Assembly (NCBI GenBank): GCA_024277615.1
Contig: JAJRUW010000075.1
Span: 11,012-75,011, forward strand
Reading direction: 5' to 3'
Source of the DNA: Fidelibacterota bacterium
GTDB lineage: Bacteria; Fidelibacterota; Marinisomatia; SCGC-AAA003-L08; JACNLC01
Length of the DNA: 64,000 bases
This document shows positions 1 through 9,597 of the stretch, in pieces. The translations under genes and the position numbers were made by a program. Each line of letters opens with the position of its first letter. Position 1 is the stretch's first letter. The notes beneath the pieces are model-generated. The model ran no database searches. It was not told where the DNA came from and was given only the letters and a program-made list of their open reading frames with translations.

Positions 1-2
1 AA

Positions 3-644
3 TTGTGGCTTGAGACGGAACACGCTGTGCGGGAAGCCCTGATCGAGGGCGGCATCAACTTCACCGAGATCCCAAACGAAGCCGCTTTTTACGGACCAAA
101 GATTGACGTAGAGGTCTGGTCCGCCATAGGCCGGGAATTTACACTGGCCACAAACCAGGTCGATTTTGCCGTGCCTAAACGATTTGGACTAACCTATGTG
201 GATGCAGATGGTTCAGAGAAAACTCCATTGTGCATCCACCGTGCCCCCCTGGGGACACATGAGCGTTTTATCGGATTTCTGCTGGAACATTATAAAGGTG
301 ATTTCCCGCTTTGGCTGGCACCGGTTCAGGTTGTAGTTCTGCCCATATCGGACAAATACCTGGATTATGCCCAAAAAATTTACGCTAAAATGTTCGAGGC
401 CGGGATCAGGGTTACGATTGATGCCCGTGCAGAAAAAATCGGAGCTAAAATCCGCCTGGCCGAAACCGGCAAAATTCCCATTATGGTCATTGCAGGCGAG
501 AAAGAACAGGTCTCGAATACAGTGTCCGTCAGGAGGAGATTCAAGGGCGATCTGGGGGCAGTTGACCTGGATAAATTTGCAGCCGAAGTTTTAGACGAGA
601 TAAAAAATAAAATAAGGAGTCATCCACATAAATCAAAAGAATGA
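3..644 (+). CDS. thrS: threonyl-tRNA synthetase, C-terminal 213 aa (5' end lies upstream of the window)
   Basis: The ORF is open from the window edge. It shows class II core and anticodon-binding motifs (FYGPKIDVEVW, CIHRAPLGTHERFIGFLLEHY, PLWLAPVQVVVLPI). It is followed by infC-rpmI-rplT as in the canonical operon. Confidence 0.95.
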   Translation: MWLETEHAVREALIEGGINFTEIPNEAAFYGPKIDVEVWSAIGREFTLATNQVDFAVPKRFGLTYVDADGSEKTPLCIHRAPLGTHERFIGFLLEHYKGDFPLWLAPVQVVVLPISDKYLDYAQKIYAKMFEAGIRVTIDARAEKIGAKIRLAETGKIPIMVIAGEKEQVSNTVSVRRRFKGDLGAVDLDKFAAEVLDEIKNKIRSHPHKSKE

Positions 645-1143
645 TGCAACCCGGATCAATGATCAGATAACCTCACCATCGGTAAGATTGATCGACAGTG
701 AAGGGAAACAAGTGGGGATCGTATCCCTGGGAGAAGCAAAGAGTAAAGCTTCTGCGGCAGGTATGGATCTGGTTGAAATTGCGCCCGATGCCAAACCGCC
801 GGTTTGTAAAATCCTCGATTTCGGTAAATACCGTTACGAGAAACAAAAAAAACAGAAGCTGAATAAAAAGAAACAACACGTTGTTCAGGTAAAAGAGATC
901 AGGCTCAGGCCCAATACCGGTGACCATGATCTGCTGACCAAACTCACGAAGGCAAAAAAATTCCTTGAAAACGGAAGCAAACTGAAAGTGACAATTCTCT
1001 TCCGCGGACGTGAAATGGCAAAGCAGGAAATGGGACTGGCTCTCCTCGACCGTGTTAGTGAGATACTTGATGAAATAGCAAAAGTAGAAAAGGCACCTGA
1101 AGCTGAAGGACGCAGAATGTCCTTGATCATGGCGCCAAGATAA
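628..1143 (+). CDS. infC: translation initiation factor IF-3 (non-AUG start, exact start uncertain)
   Basis: The ORF-track piece 688..1143 (TTG) is too short. The frame is open back to 616 and reads ..[26 protein letters not shown], the conserved IF-3 N-terminus. AAGGAG at 614-619 is followed by ATC(622) and ATA(628). IF-3 genes classically use AUU/AUA-type starts. Confidence 0.9.
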   Translation: MNQKNDATRINDQITSPSVRLIDSEGKQVGIVSLGEAKSKASAAGMDLVEIAPDAKPPVCKILDFGKYRYEKQKKQKLNKKKQHVVQVKEIRLRPNTGDHDLLTKLTKAKKFLENGSKLKVTILFRGREMAKQEMGLALLDRVSEILDEIAKVEKAPEAEGRRMSLIMAPR

Positions 1144-1153
1144 GGAGCATAAC

Positions 1154-1348
1154 ATGCCAAAAATGAAGACGAAAAGATGCGCAGCCAAGCGCTTCCGTAA
1201 AACAGGCTCTGGTAAGATTGTCCGCAACCAGTGCGGAGCAAGGCACATCCTGACGAAGAAGTCGAAAAAACGGAAAAGAAGACTCCGTTCGAAAAAGATT
1301 CTTTCGAGTGCGATGGTCAAAAGAACCAATAAAATGATTATTTCATAA
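1154..1348 (+). CDS. rpmI: 50S ribosomal protein L35
   Basis: 64-aa basic protein starting [28 protein letters not shown] lies upstream and the gene sits between infC and rplT. Confidence 0.95.
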   Translation: MPKMKTKRCAAKRFRKTGSGKIVRNQCGARHILTKKSKKRKRRLRSKKILSSAMVKRTNKMIIS

Positions 1349-1358
1349 GGAGGAGATC

Positions 1359-1709
1359 ATGCCAAGAGCTAACAGTTCGGTTCCGAGACACAGAAGACAT
1401 CGGAAACTCATCAAACAGGCCAAAGGTTACTTTGGCACCAGAAAATCAAATTATCGTACGGCAAAAGACGCTGTGCAGAAGGCTCTGCAATATGCCTATC
1501 GCGACCGCCGGAACAAAAAGAGAAGTTTCCGCAGGCTGTGGATAACGCGTATAAACGCCGGTGCCCGTCTTAACGGCACAACCTATTCCAAACTCATAGC
1601 CGGTTTGAAGAATAACGATATGACTCTTAACCGCAAGACTCTGGCCTATCTGGCCGTGCACCACCCTGACAGTTTTGCGGAAATTGTCAACTCCGCCGTC
1701 AGCAAATAG
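1359..1709 (+). CDS. rplT: 50S ribosomal protein L20
   Basis: Motifs MPRANSSV..RHRKLIKQAKGYFG and RDRRNKKRSFRRLWITRINA. AGGAGG lies upstream. Confidence 0.95.
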   Translation: MPRANSSVPRHRRHRKLIKQAKGYFGTRKSNYRTAKDAVQKALQYAYRDRRNKKRSFRRLWITRINAGARLNGTTYSKLIAGLKNNDMTLNRKTLAYLAVHHPDSFAEIVNSAVSK

Positions 1710-1712
1710 ATA

Positions 1713-2729
1713 ATGTCACTCAATTCCGCTATTGAAGAACTGCGCGAGCAGTTTGACCGGGACATTCAAAATGTCCGTAACGGTGGAGTAGATACTGAAC
1801 AGATCAGGGTCAAATATCTGGGACGAAAAGGACTTGTTGCAGGGTTATTTTCCGGAATGGGAAATATCCCTGCGGCAGACCGTCCGGCCGCCGGACAGGC
1901 TCTGAATGCCCTGAAAACGTATCTCGCAGAAGAACTGAATAAACTTCAACGCGATTTCTCTGCCGGGAAAGAAGATGTTCCGGCAGATCTTGATTACACT
2001 CTTCCCGGAGACCCCTTTCCAAAAGGCAGTATCCATCCCATCACACAGATAATGGAAGAGATTAAAGATATTTTTCACCATCTGGGATTTTCCGTTGCCT
2101 ACGGCCCCGAAATCGATACGGACTTTTATAATTTCGAAGCTCTCAATTTCCCTCCCAACCACCCTGCCCGGGATATGCAGGATACTTTTTACAGCGGGGA
2201 TGCAGTTTTGAGAACTCACACCTCCAATACGCAAATCCACCACATGATGGATTCCGACCCTCCGGTCAAGATCCTTGCGCCCGGGCGGGTCTTCCGGCAT
2301 GAGGATATAAGCGTCCGCAGCTATTGTCTGTTTCATCAGGTTGAAGGTCTTTTTGTGGACAAAACCGTCACCATGGCCAACCTGAAAGGCGACCTGGATT
2401 ATTTTGCCCGGAGTCTCTTCGGAAAAGCAGTAAAAACCCGTTTTCGTCCCAGCTTTTTCCCTTTTACGGAACCCAGCGCCGAGATGGATGTCTCCTGTAT
2501 TTTCTGTGGTGGAAAAGGCTGTAATATCTGTAAATACGCCGGCTGGCTCGAGATTCTCGGCTGCGGCATGGTGGACCCCGAAGTTTTTAAATCGGTAAAG
2601 TACGACCCCTCGGTCTGGCAGGGATACGCTTTTGGAATGGGCGTCGAACGTATTGCCATGCTGAAATTCGGTGTTGAAGATATCCGCCTGTTTTTTGAGG
2701 GCGATGTGAGATTTTTAAGGCAATTCTGA
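1713..2729 (+). CDS. pheS: phenylalanyl-tRNA synthetase alpha subunit
   Basis: Class II motifs (HPARDMQDTFY, RTHTSNTQI, FRPSFFPFTEPSAEMD, GMGVERIAMLKFG). The stop overlaps the pheT start (ATGA). Confidence 0.95.
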   Translation: MSLNSAIEELREQFDRDIQNVRNGGVDTEQIRVKYLGRKGLVAGLFSGMGNIPAADRPAAGQALNALKTYLAEELNKLQRDFSAGKEDVPADLDYTLPGDPFPKGSIHPITQIMEEIKDIFHHLGFSVAYGPEIDTDFYNFEALNFPPNHPARDMQDTFYSGDAVLRTHTSNTQIHHMMDSDPPVKILAPGRVFRHEDISVRSYCLFHQVEGLFVDKTVTMANLKGDLDYFARSLFGKAVKTRFRPSFFPFTEPSAEMDVSCIFCGGKGCNICKYAGWLEILGCGMVDPEVFKSVKYDPSVWQGYAFGMGVERIAMLKFGVEDIRLFFEGDVRFLRQF

Positions 2730-5113
2730 TGAAAATTTCATTAAACTGGATCCACGATTATATCGACACGAGCCTGTCACCTGCGGAGCTTGAAAGCAAA
2801 CTAACCGACCTCGGGCTGGAATGTGTAGTCGATGAAACACCGCTGAATTTTACAAATGTGGTTCTCGGATATGTCAAAACATGTGAGGCTCACCCGAATT
2901 CCGACCATTTATCAGTCTGTCAGGTAGATATCGGCGACGGTCGGCTTTACCCGATAGTTTGCGGCGCACCGAATGTGCGCCAGGGCATTAAAGTCCCGGT
3001 TGCAAAAGTCGGTGCTAAATTCAACGGCGGTGATTTCACCATAAAAAAAAGCAAATTGAGGGGCGCCGTTTCCGAAGGAATGATCTGCTCCGGGAAAGAA
3101 CTCGGCTACAATGAAGATGAAAAGGGGATCATGATCCTGGAGACGGAAGCGGCCCTCGGTACACCAATCGAACAGGTACTTGACTTCGGCCGGGATGCCG
3201 TCTTTGACATCGATCTGACGCCCAACAGAGGGGATTGCCTGAGCCATCTGGGAGTTGCCCGTGAGATCAGCATCATCGAAAATCGTCCCATCTGTTTGCG
3301 AAAAACAGTACTCAGCGAGGTCGAAAAGGCAACTGAAGATCTGATCAAAGTGACTATTGTCGACCCGGCAGGCTGTCCTCGATATGCAGCAAGAGTGGTG
3401 ACCGATGTAACTATCGGCCCGTCACCCCAATGGCTGGCTGACCGTATCACAGCAATTGGTCAAAAGAGTATCAACAATGTGGTGGATGCCGCCAACTTCA
3501 TCCTCATGGACACAGGACATCCCATGCACACTTTCGACCTCGATGAGATCAAAGCCGGCGAAATTGTTGTGCGCAGGGCAGCGGAAGGTGAAAAAATCAC
3601 ACTCCTGGATGAATCCGTGAAAGAACTCAGTACGCACCACCTGCTGATCTGTGACGGCAAAACGCCCGTGGCCCTGGCTGGTATTATGGGCGGATTGGGT
3701 AGCGGGATATCGGAGAAAACAAAAAATATACTCATTGAAAGTGCTTATTTTGACCCGGCGGTCATACGTAAAGGTGCCAAATCCCTGGACCTTGCTACAG
3801 AAGCTTCCCACCGCTTCGAGAGGGGAACGGATATTGAGAATGTAACCCGCTCACTGGATCAGCTGGCAGCACTCATCACCGAAGTCGCAGGTGGAAAGAT
3901 CACGAAGGGAATTGTAGATAATTACTCCCGACGGCTGGAAAAAAAACCGATTACATTTTCCGTTGAACGCTGCAACGGACTTTTAGGGACTCACCTCGCC
4001 TCAAAAGATATCGAAAATATCTTCTCCGCTCTGTCCGTCGACTTCCGGAATCAGTCTGACGGCTATCTCTGTACAGTGCCGACTTACCGCAACGACCTTG
4101 AAAGAGAAGTGGATCTAATTGAAGAAACAGCCCGGGTTTTCGGCTATAATAATTTACCTGTATCGGACAGCTTTTCAGGGAGTTACCTTACCTTTATTCC
4201 AGATAAGCATGAACTTGATAAAAAGCTGAGAGCATTGCTGCTTCCTCTGGGATTCAATGAGCATACGGCCAACAGTCTCATACCCGAGGCAGAGACCTCG
4301 CTTTTCTCGGGAGCGCAAGCGGTTAGGATCACGAACCCCATCAGTTCGGAAATGGCCTGTTTACGAACTTCTCTCCTGCCGGGTTTATTGAGAGCAGTAG
4401 CTTTTAACATAAACCGCAGGAGCAGCTTTTTTAAATTATATGAATTTGGAGCCATCCACGAATTCGATGAAGAAAGTGCAACCAACAGCCGTGAATCTTT
4501 CAGGTTGGGCATGGCCTGGTATGGCAATGCGCCTCAGCACTGGCGAAAGCTGCCGCCCCCGGATTTCTTCCGCATCAAAGGTGAACTCATGCAGTTATTT
4601 TCGCTGCTGGGCTGCAGGAGGCTGCGGGTCAGTTCTGTAGAGGTTGAAGGTTTCAGTTTTGCAGTTTCTCTTTATTCTGGTAAGCACCTTCTGGGTGTGC
4701 TGGGGCATCCCGTAAAAGCCATAAAAGAACACTTTGAGATTGGAGCCGAGGAGGTGATTTTATTCGAAGGCGCCCTGGAAGATCTGGAAAAAGCATTGTC
4801 CGCCGCACCAAAAAAATATACGGCCCCAAGTCAATATCCGGCCGTACAACGGGACATCGCCATTCTGGTTAAAAAAGCTGTCAATGCCGAATTGTTACTC
4901 AGAACGATTCGCTCCTCAGGCGGTGAACTGTTGAAGGAGATCAACCTCTTTGACCTGTATGAAAGTGATGAGATCGGGCTAGACCGCAAAAGCCTCGCAT
5001 TCGGACTGAACTTTCAATCCGATACAAAAAGCCTGCAGGCCAAAACCGTGGATAAGATCGTGGAAAAAATCATTAAAAATCTGGCCCGGCAACATCAGGC
5101 TGTCCAAAGATAG
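2729..5113 (+). CDS. pheT: phenylalanyl-tRNA synthetase beta subunit
   Basis: 794 aa. N-terminal tRNA-binding domain (MKISLNWIHDYID...HPNSDHLSVCQVDIG), B3/4 and B5 regions and a C-terminal FDX-ACB-like end. Confidence 0.95.
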   Translation: MKISLNWIHDYIDTSLSPAELESKLTDLGLECVVDETPLNFTNVVLGYVKTCEAHPNSDHLSVCQVDIGDGRLYPIVCGAPNVRQGIKVPVAKVGAKFNGGDFTIKKSKLRGAVSEGMICSGKELGYNEDEKGIMILETEAALGTPIEQVLDFGRDAVFDIDLTPNRGDCLSHLGVAREISIIENRPICLRKTVLSEVEKATEDLIKVTIVDPAGCPRYAARVVTDVTIGPSPQWLADRITAIGQKSINNVVDAANFILMDTGHPMHTFDLDEIKAGEIVVRRAAEGEKITLLDESVKELSTHHLLICDGKTPVALAGIMGGLGSGISEKTKNILIESAYFDPAVIRKGAKSLDLATEASHRFERGTDIENVTRSLDQLAALITEVAGGKITKGIVDNYSRRLEKKPITFSVERCNGLLGTHLASKDIENIFSALSVDFRNQSDGYLCTVPTYRNDLEREVDLIEETARVFGYNNLPVSDSFSGSYLTFIPDKHELDKKLRALLLPLGFNEHTANSLIPEAETSLFSGAQAVRITNPISSEMACLRTSLLPGLLRAVAFNINRRSSFFKLYEFGAIHEFDEESATNSRESFRLGMAWYGNAPQHWRKLPPPDFFRIKGELMQLFSLLGCRRLRVSSVEVEGFSFAVSLYSGKHLLGVLGHPVKAIKEHFEIGAEEVILFEGALEDLEKALSAAPKKYTAPSQYPAVQRDIAILVKKAVNAELLLRTIRSSGGELLKEINLFDLYESDEIGLDRKSLAFGLNFQSDTKSLQAKTVDKIVEKIIKNLARQHQAVQR

Positions 5114-5121
5114 GGGGGAGC

Positions 5122-5430
5122 ATGTCAAAAAATTCAGATGTGGTGAGAGTTTCCATAGCAGGTCAGGAATATTCCCTGAAAACCTCAGCCAACGCCGATT
5201 ATCTAAACTCCGTGGCGTATTACGTCAATCAGAAAATGGACGAGATCGAAAAATCATCTCCGGATTCACAGTCTCAACTGCGCACGGCAATTCTGGTTGC
5301 CATGAACATAACGGATGAGCTCTTCTCCGAACAAAAAAAGCGCAAACAGCTTGCAGACCGGGTCGAAGCCAAGACGATTGCCATACGGGAATATGTTGAG
5401 GAGCAAATCCAGAAGACTGAAACCAGGTGA
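5122..5430 (+). CDS. zapA: cell division protein ZapA
   Basis: 102 aa. VRVSIAGQEYSLKT...LRTAILVAMNITDELF followed by a C-terminal coiled coil, the typical ZapA pattern. Confidence 0.8.
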   Translation: MSKNSDVVRVSIAGQEYSLKTSANADYLNSVAYYVNQKMDEIEKSSPDSQSQLRTAILVAMNITDELFSEQKKRKQLADRVEAKTIAIREYVEEQIQKTETR

Positions 5431-6329
5431 CCATTTCGGCAGTGGAAACAATTCTTCTTGCCGGTAAGCCGGTAGCTGCTGAAATCAAATCAGGTCTTTC
5501 CCGTAGCATTGCAGCGCTCAAGAGCGGGGGTATTACACCTGGTTTGGCAGCTGTGTTAGTGGGTGAGGATCCCGCATCGCAAATCTATGTACGCAACAAG
5601 GCTAAAGCTTTCGTCAAAGCCGGCTGCTTTTCCGAGACTTTCCGTATGGCAGGAGATGTTCCGCAAGCAAAGCTTCTGCAACTAATCGAGGACTTGAATC
5701 GGGATGTGCGCTTTCACGGCATTCTGGTACAACTACCGCTGCCGGATCATATTGAAACCAAAAAAGTAATTTACCGCATTGCACCGGAGAAAGATGTTGA
5801 TGGTTTTCATCCGGTAAACCTGGGCAGACTGCTTGAGGGAGTTCCCAATTTTATCCCCTGCACACCACATGGAATTCTCAAAATTCTCGAACATTACCGG
5901 ATTCCTGTAAAAGGCAGGCAGGCGGTAATTCTGGGTCGAAGCAATATTGTCGGCAAACCTCTGTTTGCGCTGCTTTCTCAAAAGTCAAAATACGGCAACG
6001 CCACGGTAACACTCTGTCATACGGCCACACCTGATCTGGCGTATTTCACAAGACAGGCCGACCTTCTGATCGCCGCCTCGGGTGTGCCGGGACTCGTTAC
6101 CGGCTCCATGGTCAAGCAGGGTGTGGACATCATCGATGTGGGCATTAATCGTATTGCGGATTCATCGCCAAAAGGCTATCATATAACGGGCGATGTGGAC
6201 TTTGAGAGTGTTCAGGGTATCGCAAATTCAATTACACCGGTTCCGGGAGGTGTAGGGCCTATGACGATTACCATGCTGCTGTACAATACCGTGAAGGCCG
6301 CCCAAAATTTATTTGAAAGCCAAAACTAA
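5427..6329 (+). CDS. folD: bifunctional methylenetetrahydrofolate dehydrogenase/cyclohydrolase
   Basis: Motifs PGLAAVLVGEDPASQIYVRNK, HGILVQLPLP, EKDVDGFHP, GRSNIVGKP and TPVPGGVGPMTITML. GTG start overlaps the zapA stop. Confidence 0.95.
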   Translation: MTISAVETILLAGKPVAAEIKSGLSRSIAALKSGGITPGLAAVLVGEDPASQIYVRNKAKAFVKAGCFSETFRMAGDVPQAKLLQLIEDLNRDVRFHGILVQLPLPDHIETKKVIYRIAPEKDVDGFHPVNLGRLLEGVPNFIPCTPHGILKILEHYRIPVKGRQAVILGRSNIVGKPLFALLSQKSKYGNATVTLCHTATPDLAYFTRQADLLIAASGVPGLVTGSMVKQGVDIIDVGINRIADSSPKGYHITGDVDFESVQGIANSITPVPGGVGPMTITMLLYNTVKAAQNLFESQN

Positions 6330-6351
6330 AACCCTTTAGTTTTACGCCACC

Positions 6352-6423
6352 GCCCCCGTAGTTCAACGGATAGAATGAAGGATTCCGGTTCCTTTGATGC
6401 AGGTTCGATTCCTGCCGGGGGTA
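6352..6423 (+). tRNA. tRNA-Arg (anticodon CCG)
   Basis: Hand-folded 72-nt cloverleaf. Acceptor GCCCCCG/CGGGGGT, D-arm GTTC-AACGGATA-GAAT, anticodon arm AAGGA-TTCCGGT-TCCTT, T-arm GCAGG-TTCGATT-CCTGC, discriminator A. No encoded CCA. Confidence 0.85.
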
Positions 6424-6729
6424 CTTTCAAGCCCGCTTAAACTTATTTACATGTGCCTGCCGTAAAGTGACTGCACAGCAACGGTCGTTCACGAATCTTA
6501 TACCTTTTTACCCGGCTTCGGGTAGTACTGATCTGTTAGCAGCTACATGAAACTGCATCCGGACCTGCTGCCGAAAATTGAAGAGTAACCGAATAAAGTT
6601 GTAAAGCTTAGATTACGGCAGGATGTAAAGGTCTAAAATGCAACAATATTCTCAAAACCGTGACCCCCAATCAAGAGATTTCACAAAGTCCAAGGGGTAT
6701 GCAAAGATCACAAAAATAAATGAGGTACT

Positions 6730-7209
6730 ATGAAACCACTCATAAATTTAGATGAACTGGATAAGTTCAATGAACTCAACAAGGGATCCTTCCGGGCCAG
6801 ACATGCTGTAGTCAGTGATTTGCTCGGGGCAGTCCGCCTGGGGTATAATGTGACCATCGTACCACCGGGTAAAAAAGCTTGTCCCTTTCATAATCATCAG
6901 GTCAATGAAGAGATGTTTTTTATATTGTCCGGCGAGGGGCTCCTGCGCTTTGGTGAAAAAGAATACCCCGTAAAAACGCACGACATCATCGCCTGTCCTC
7001 CCGGCGGCCGTGAAGTTGCACATCAATTGATCAATACCGGTACGGCAGACCTGAAATACCTGGCGCTCAGCACCCGCGACCCTTACGAGATTTGTGAATA
7101 TCCGGACTCAAATAAAATACTGTCCATGGTGGGTGATTACAGAAATAAAAAACTCCGGCATATTGCAAGGGCAGATGACTCCGTGGACTATTTCGACGGT
7201 GAGGAGTAA
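6730..7209 (+). CDS. cupin domain protein
   Basis: 159 aa with the two-His cupin motif region (PFHNHQVNEEMFFILSGEGLLRFGEKEYPVKTHDIIACPPGG). Confidence 0.7.
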   Translation: MKPLINLDELDKFNELNKGSFRARHAVVSDLLGAVRLGYNVTIVPPGKKACPFHNHQVNEEMFFILSGEGLLRFGEKEYPVKTHDIIACPPGGREVAHQLINTGTADLKYLALSTRDPYEICEYPDSNKILSMVGDYRNKKLRHIARADDSVDYFDGEE

Positions 7210-7420
7210 CCCTCAATGTAAAGAAAAATGCTTATGCATCGCGGTAAAGCTGAATTTGTACAGACTTGTTTTGATTCGGTTGCGTCGGCGGGGAGTCCTT
7301 ATGCTGATCAATCATTTCCAGCGGTCTAAAAAGGACTGCCATCATTGACAGAATTCTGGAATGGAACCTTTTCCTGCCTTGCCATTTCATCTACGGTATT
7401 AACCATTTCAAAGGAAATAT

Positions 7421-8919
7421 ATGAAAACATTTTTACCAATTCTTATAATCTCCGTTTCAATCCTGTTTGCTCAACACGACTTGTACCTGTTGGTTCATGA
7501 CAAAGCAACATGAGAACCCTAAGTGGGAGCGAATATTTTTATCGCTGATCTCAATACAGGCACTACCAGCGATGAAAACGGAGCGGCCATAATTCGCCAT
7601 ATTCCTACAGGCTCCTTTGTGATTGATATTTCTTTTATGGGATATAAGAACGAACAGCGGCATATCTCCCTCGCGCAGGATGACAAACTGCAAAATTTAA
7701 AAATATACCTGGAACCGGTATTTCTACCCGGACTCACCGTAAAAGTCAATACGACACGAACAAACGGCATCCTCAATGAAGAACCGGTAAGAATTGAAGT
7801 CCTTGGTTCTGAAGAAGTCCGGGAGGAGACCGCCATAAAACCGGGGAATATTTCTAAACTTTCGGAGAAACCAGCGGCATTCAAATTCAGCAGACTTCTG
7901 CAACTTCAGGGAATGTGAGCTTCAGGATTCAGGGACTTGAGGGGAGATTTACCCAATTATTAAAGGATGGGTTTCCACTCTACAGCGGTTTCTCCAGCGG
8001 GTTGTCTTTACTGCAAATCCCGCCTTTGGATTTACTGCAAGTGGAAGTTATTAAAGGTTCGGCTTCGGCCCTGTACAGTGGGGATGCCATTGCCGGAATT
8101 GTCAATCTCATCACAAAAAAACCTGCTGATCAACCGGAATGGAATACTATCATTAATGCAACTCACAAAAAAGGAACGGATTTCAGTTCCTATTATTCCA
8201 ATCGGCTGGGCAAATGGGGTATGACCTTTCTCTTGAGTCACAGCCGGCAGTCTGCCTTTGATGTTGACCATGATGGTTACAGTGATATCCCCAAATTCAC
8301 ATCGTCCACGATAAACCCGAAAATTTTCTATTATTTTGATAAATCCAGCTCTCTGATGATCGGACTGACAACTTCAGTTGACCACCGCAGTGGTGGAGAT
8401 ATTTATATCATTGAAAACGGCCCCGGTAGCGGACACAGTTTTATCGAGATAAACAAAACCAACCGATTATTATCCAGGGCTGAATATAAACTTCAACTTG
8501 GTAACGGAGATCGGCTTTACGTGAAAACCAGCGTGAACCGATTCGTAAGGGAAATATCAATTCCAGGGACACTTTTTAAAGGCAGTCATACGATTATTTC
8601 AGGTATCAATTTTGTCACCGATACATTTAAGGCTGATCCTGCTTCCCAACCCTCGACCAGCTCGATGAACTATGCTTACACAACTCCCGGAATTTATTTG
8701 CAGGATGGTTGGAAGAAATCGGGTGCGCTGGGTCTTTATGCCACTATCAGAGCAGATCTGAATAATGAGTACGGTTTATTTTTAATTCCTCATTTTTCAC
8801 TGCTCTATAAATATTCCGACAGGCTGAACAGCCGCATCAGTATCGGAACCGGATACAAGCTGCCCACACTTTTTGCTGCAGAGGCCGGAGACGCCGATGC
8901 GCTATCTCAAAAAGAATGA
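7421..8919 (+). pseudogene. TonB-dependent receptor, decayed (2 in-frame stops, 1 frameshift, 3' truncated)
   Basis: A signal peptide at 7421 (MKTFLPILIISVSILFAQ) runs in frame into the CarboxypepD_reg domain of ORF 7523..7918, but through TGA (7511-7513) and TAA (7520-7522). The reading DKAT*EP*VGANIF corresponds to the usual ..TGEPL.GANV motif. The plug motif ..FGETSGIQIQQTSATSGNVSFRIQGL needs one extra T in the run at 7860-7862 to join ORF 7915..8919. The barrel ends about 150-250 aa early without a C-terminal aromatic residue. Confidence 0.8.
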
Positions 8920-9187
8920 CTGGACAAATATTGTTTAACAATTCACACGCAGGCCCGGCGGTTTCTGGGCTGCCTCCTATATGGGAAATGGTTCGCCTTT
9001 AAAGCGAAACTCTTCCCAACCTGTTCAGCATTCGGATTATCTTTAAAACAAATCCTCCAAAATTGAAATTTGTCATCTGATTGACATTTGGGAATTACCC
9101 TGACAGTCTAAATTAGGAACGAAGAGGAAACAAAAAAGATCACAAAACAAATCAGAAGAAAGGGCATCTCGACAGATAGAAAAATTT

Positions 9188-9415
9188 ATGAAGAATCCAT
9201 ATAAAAAATTAATCGTTCTGGGAGTCATTACACTCGTTATCGCCGGCTACTTTAACTTCGCCTATCTGAAAAACCGGCATACCGACTTTCAGCACTTCTA
9301 TATTCAACATCGGCCCGGGACGGTGGTTTCTGCTTATTGGGCGGGGCCCGGCAAATACCCCGACAGCACTTTTTGGCAATCCCTTTCAGTCAGTTTGATT
9401 GGGGTGAGTATATGA
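9188..9415 (+). CDS. hypothetical small membrane protein
   Basis: 75-aa ORF with one hydrophobic helix (KLIVLGVITLVIAGYFNFAYL). No recognisable family. It overlaps another open frame. Confidence 0.25.
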   Translation: MKNPYKKLIVLGVITLVIAGYFNFAYLKNRHTDFQHFYIQHRPGTVVSAYWAGPGKYPDSTFWQSLSVSLIGVSI

Positions 9416-9597
9416 GGAAAATGCTGGAAATTTCAGGGCCGGTAAATATTCTCGATATGTTGACGGGTGTTGATACGGCGGCCGACCTCAAAATTCTGCT
9501 GAATGAACTTAAAGGAGCGGCGTTACCTGAGCAGCTTGCCTTAAAGGAATGGTTGAAATCCCGGATCAGCCTGGAGGTGTCCTCGCTTGCTGAATGA
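9412..9597 (+). CDS. hypothetical protein (61 aa)
   Basis: ATG at 9412 is preceded by GGGGTGAG. No family recognised. It ends overlapping the start of the peroxiredoxin-like gene. Confidence 0.2.
   Translation: MRKMLEISGPVNILDMLTGVDTAADLKILLNELKGAALPEQLALKEWLKSRISLEVSSLAE

Noticed and set aside
6352-6729. tRNA-Arg and tRNA-Pro (28195-28269) as integration sites of genomic islands
   Set aside because: There is no integrase, no direct repeat of the tRNA 3' end, and no mobile-element genes next to either tRNA.
9188-9597. Overlapping ORFs 9188..9415 and 9337..9597 as another frameshifted gene
   Set aside because: Neither frame shows a recognisable family motif that continues across a junction, so a frameshift cannot be supported. 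They are kept as two low-confidence hypothetical ORFs.
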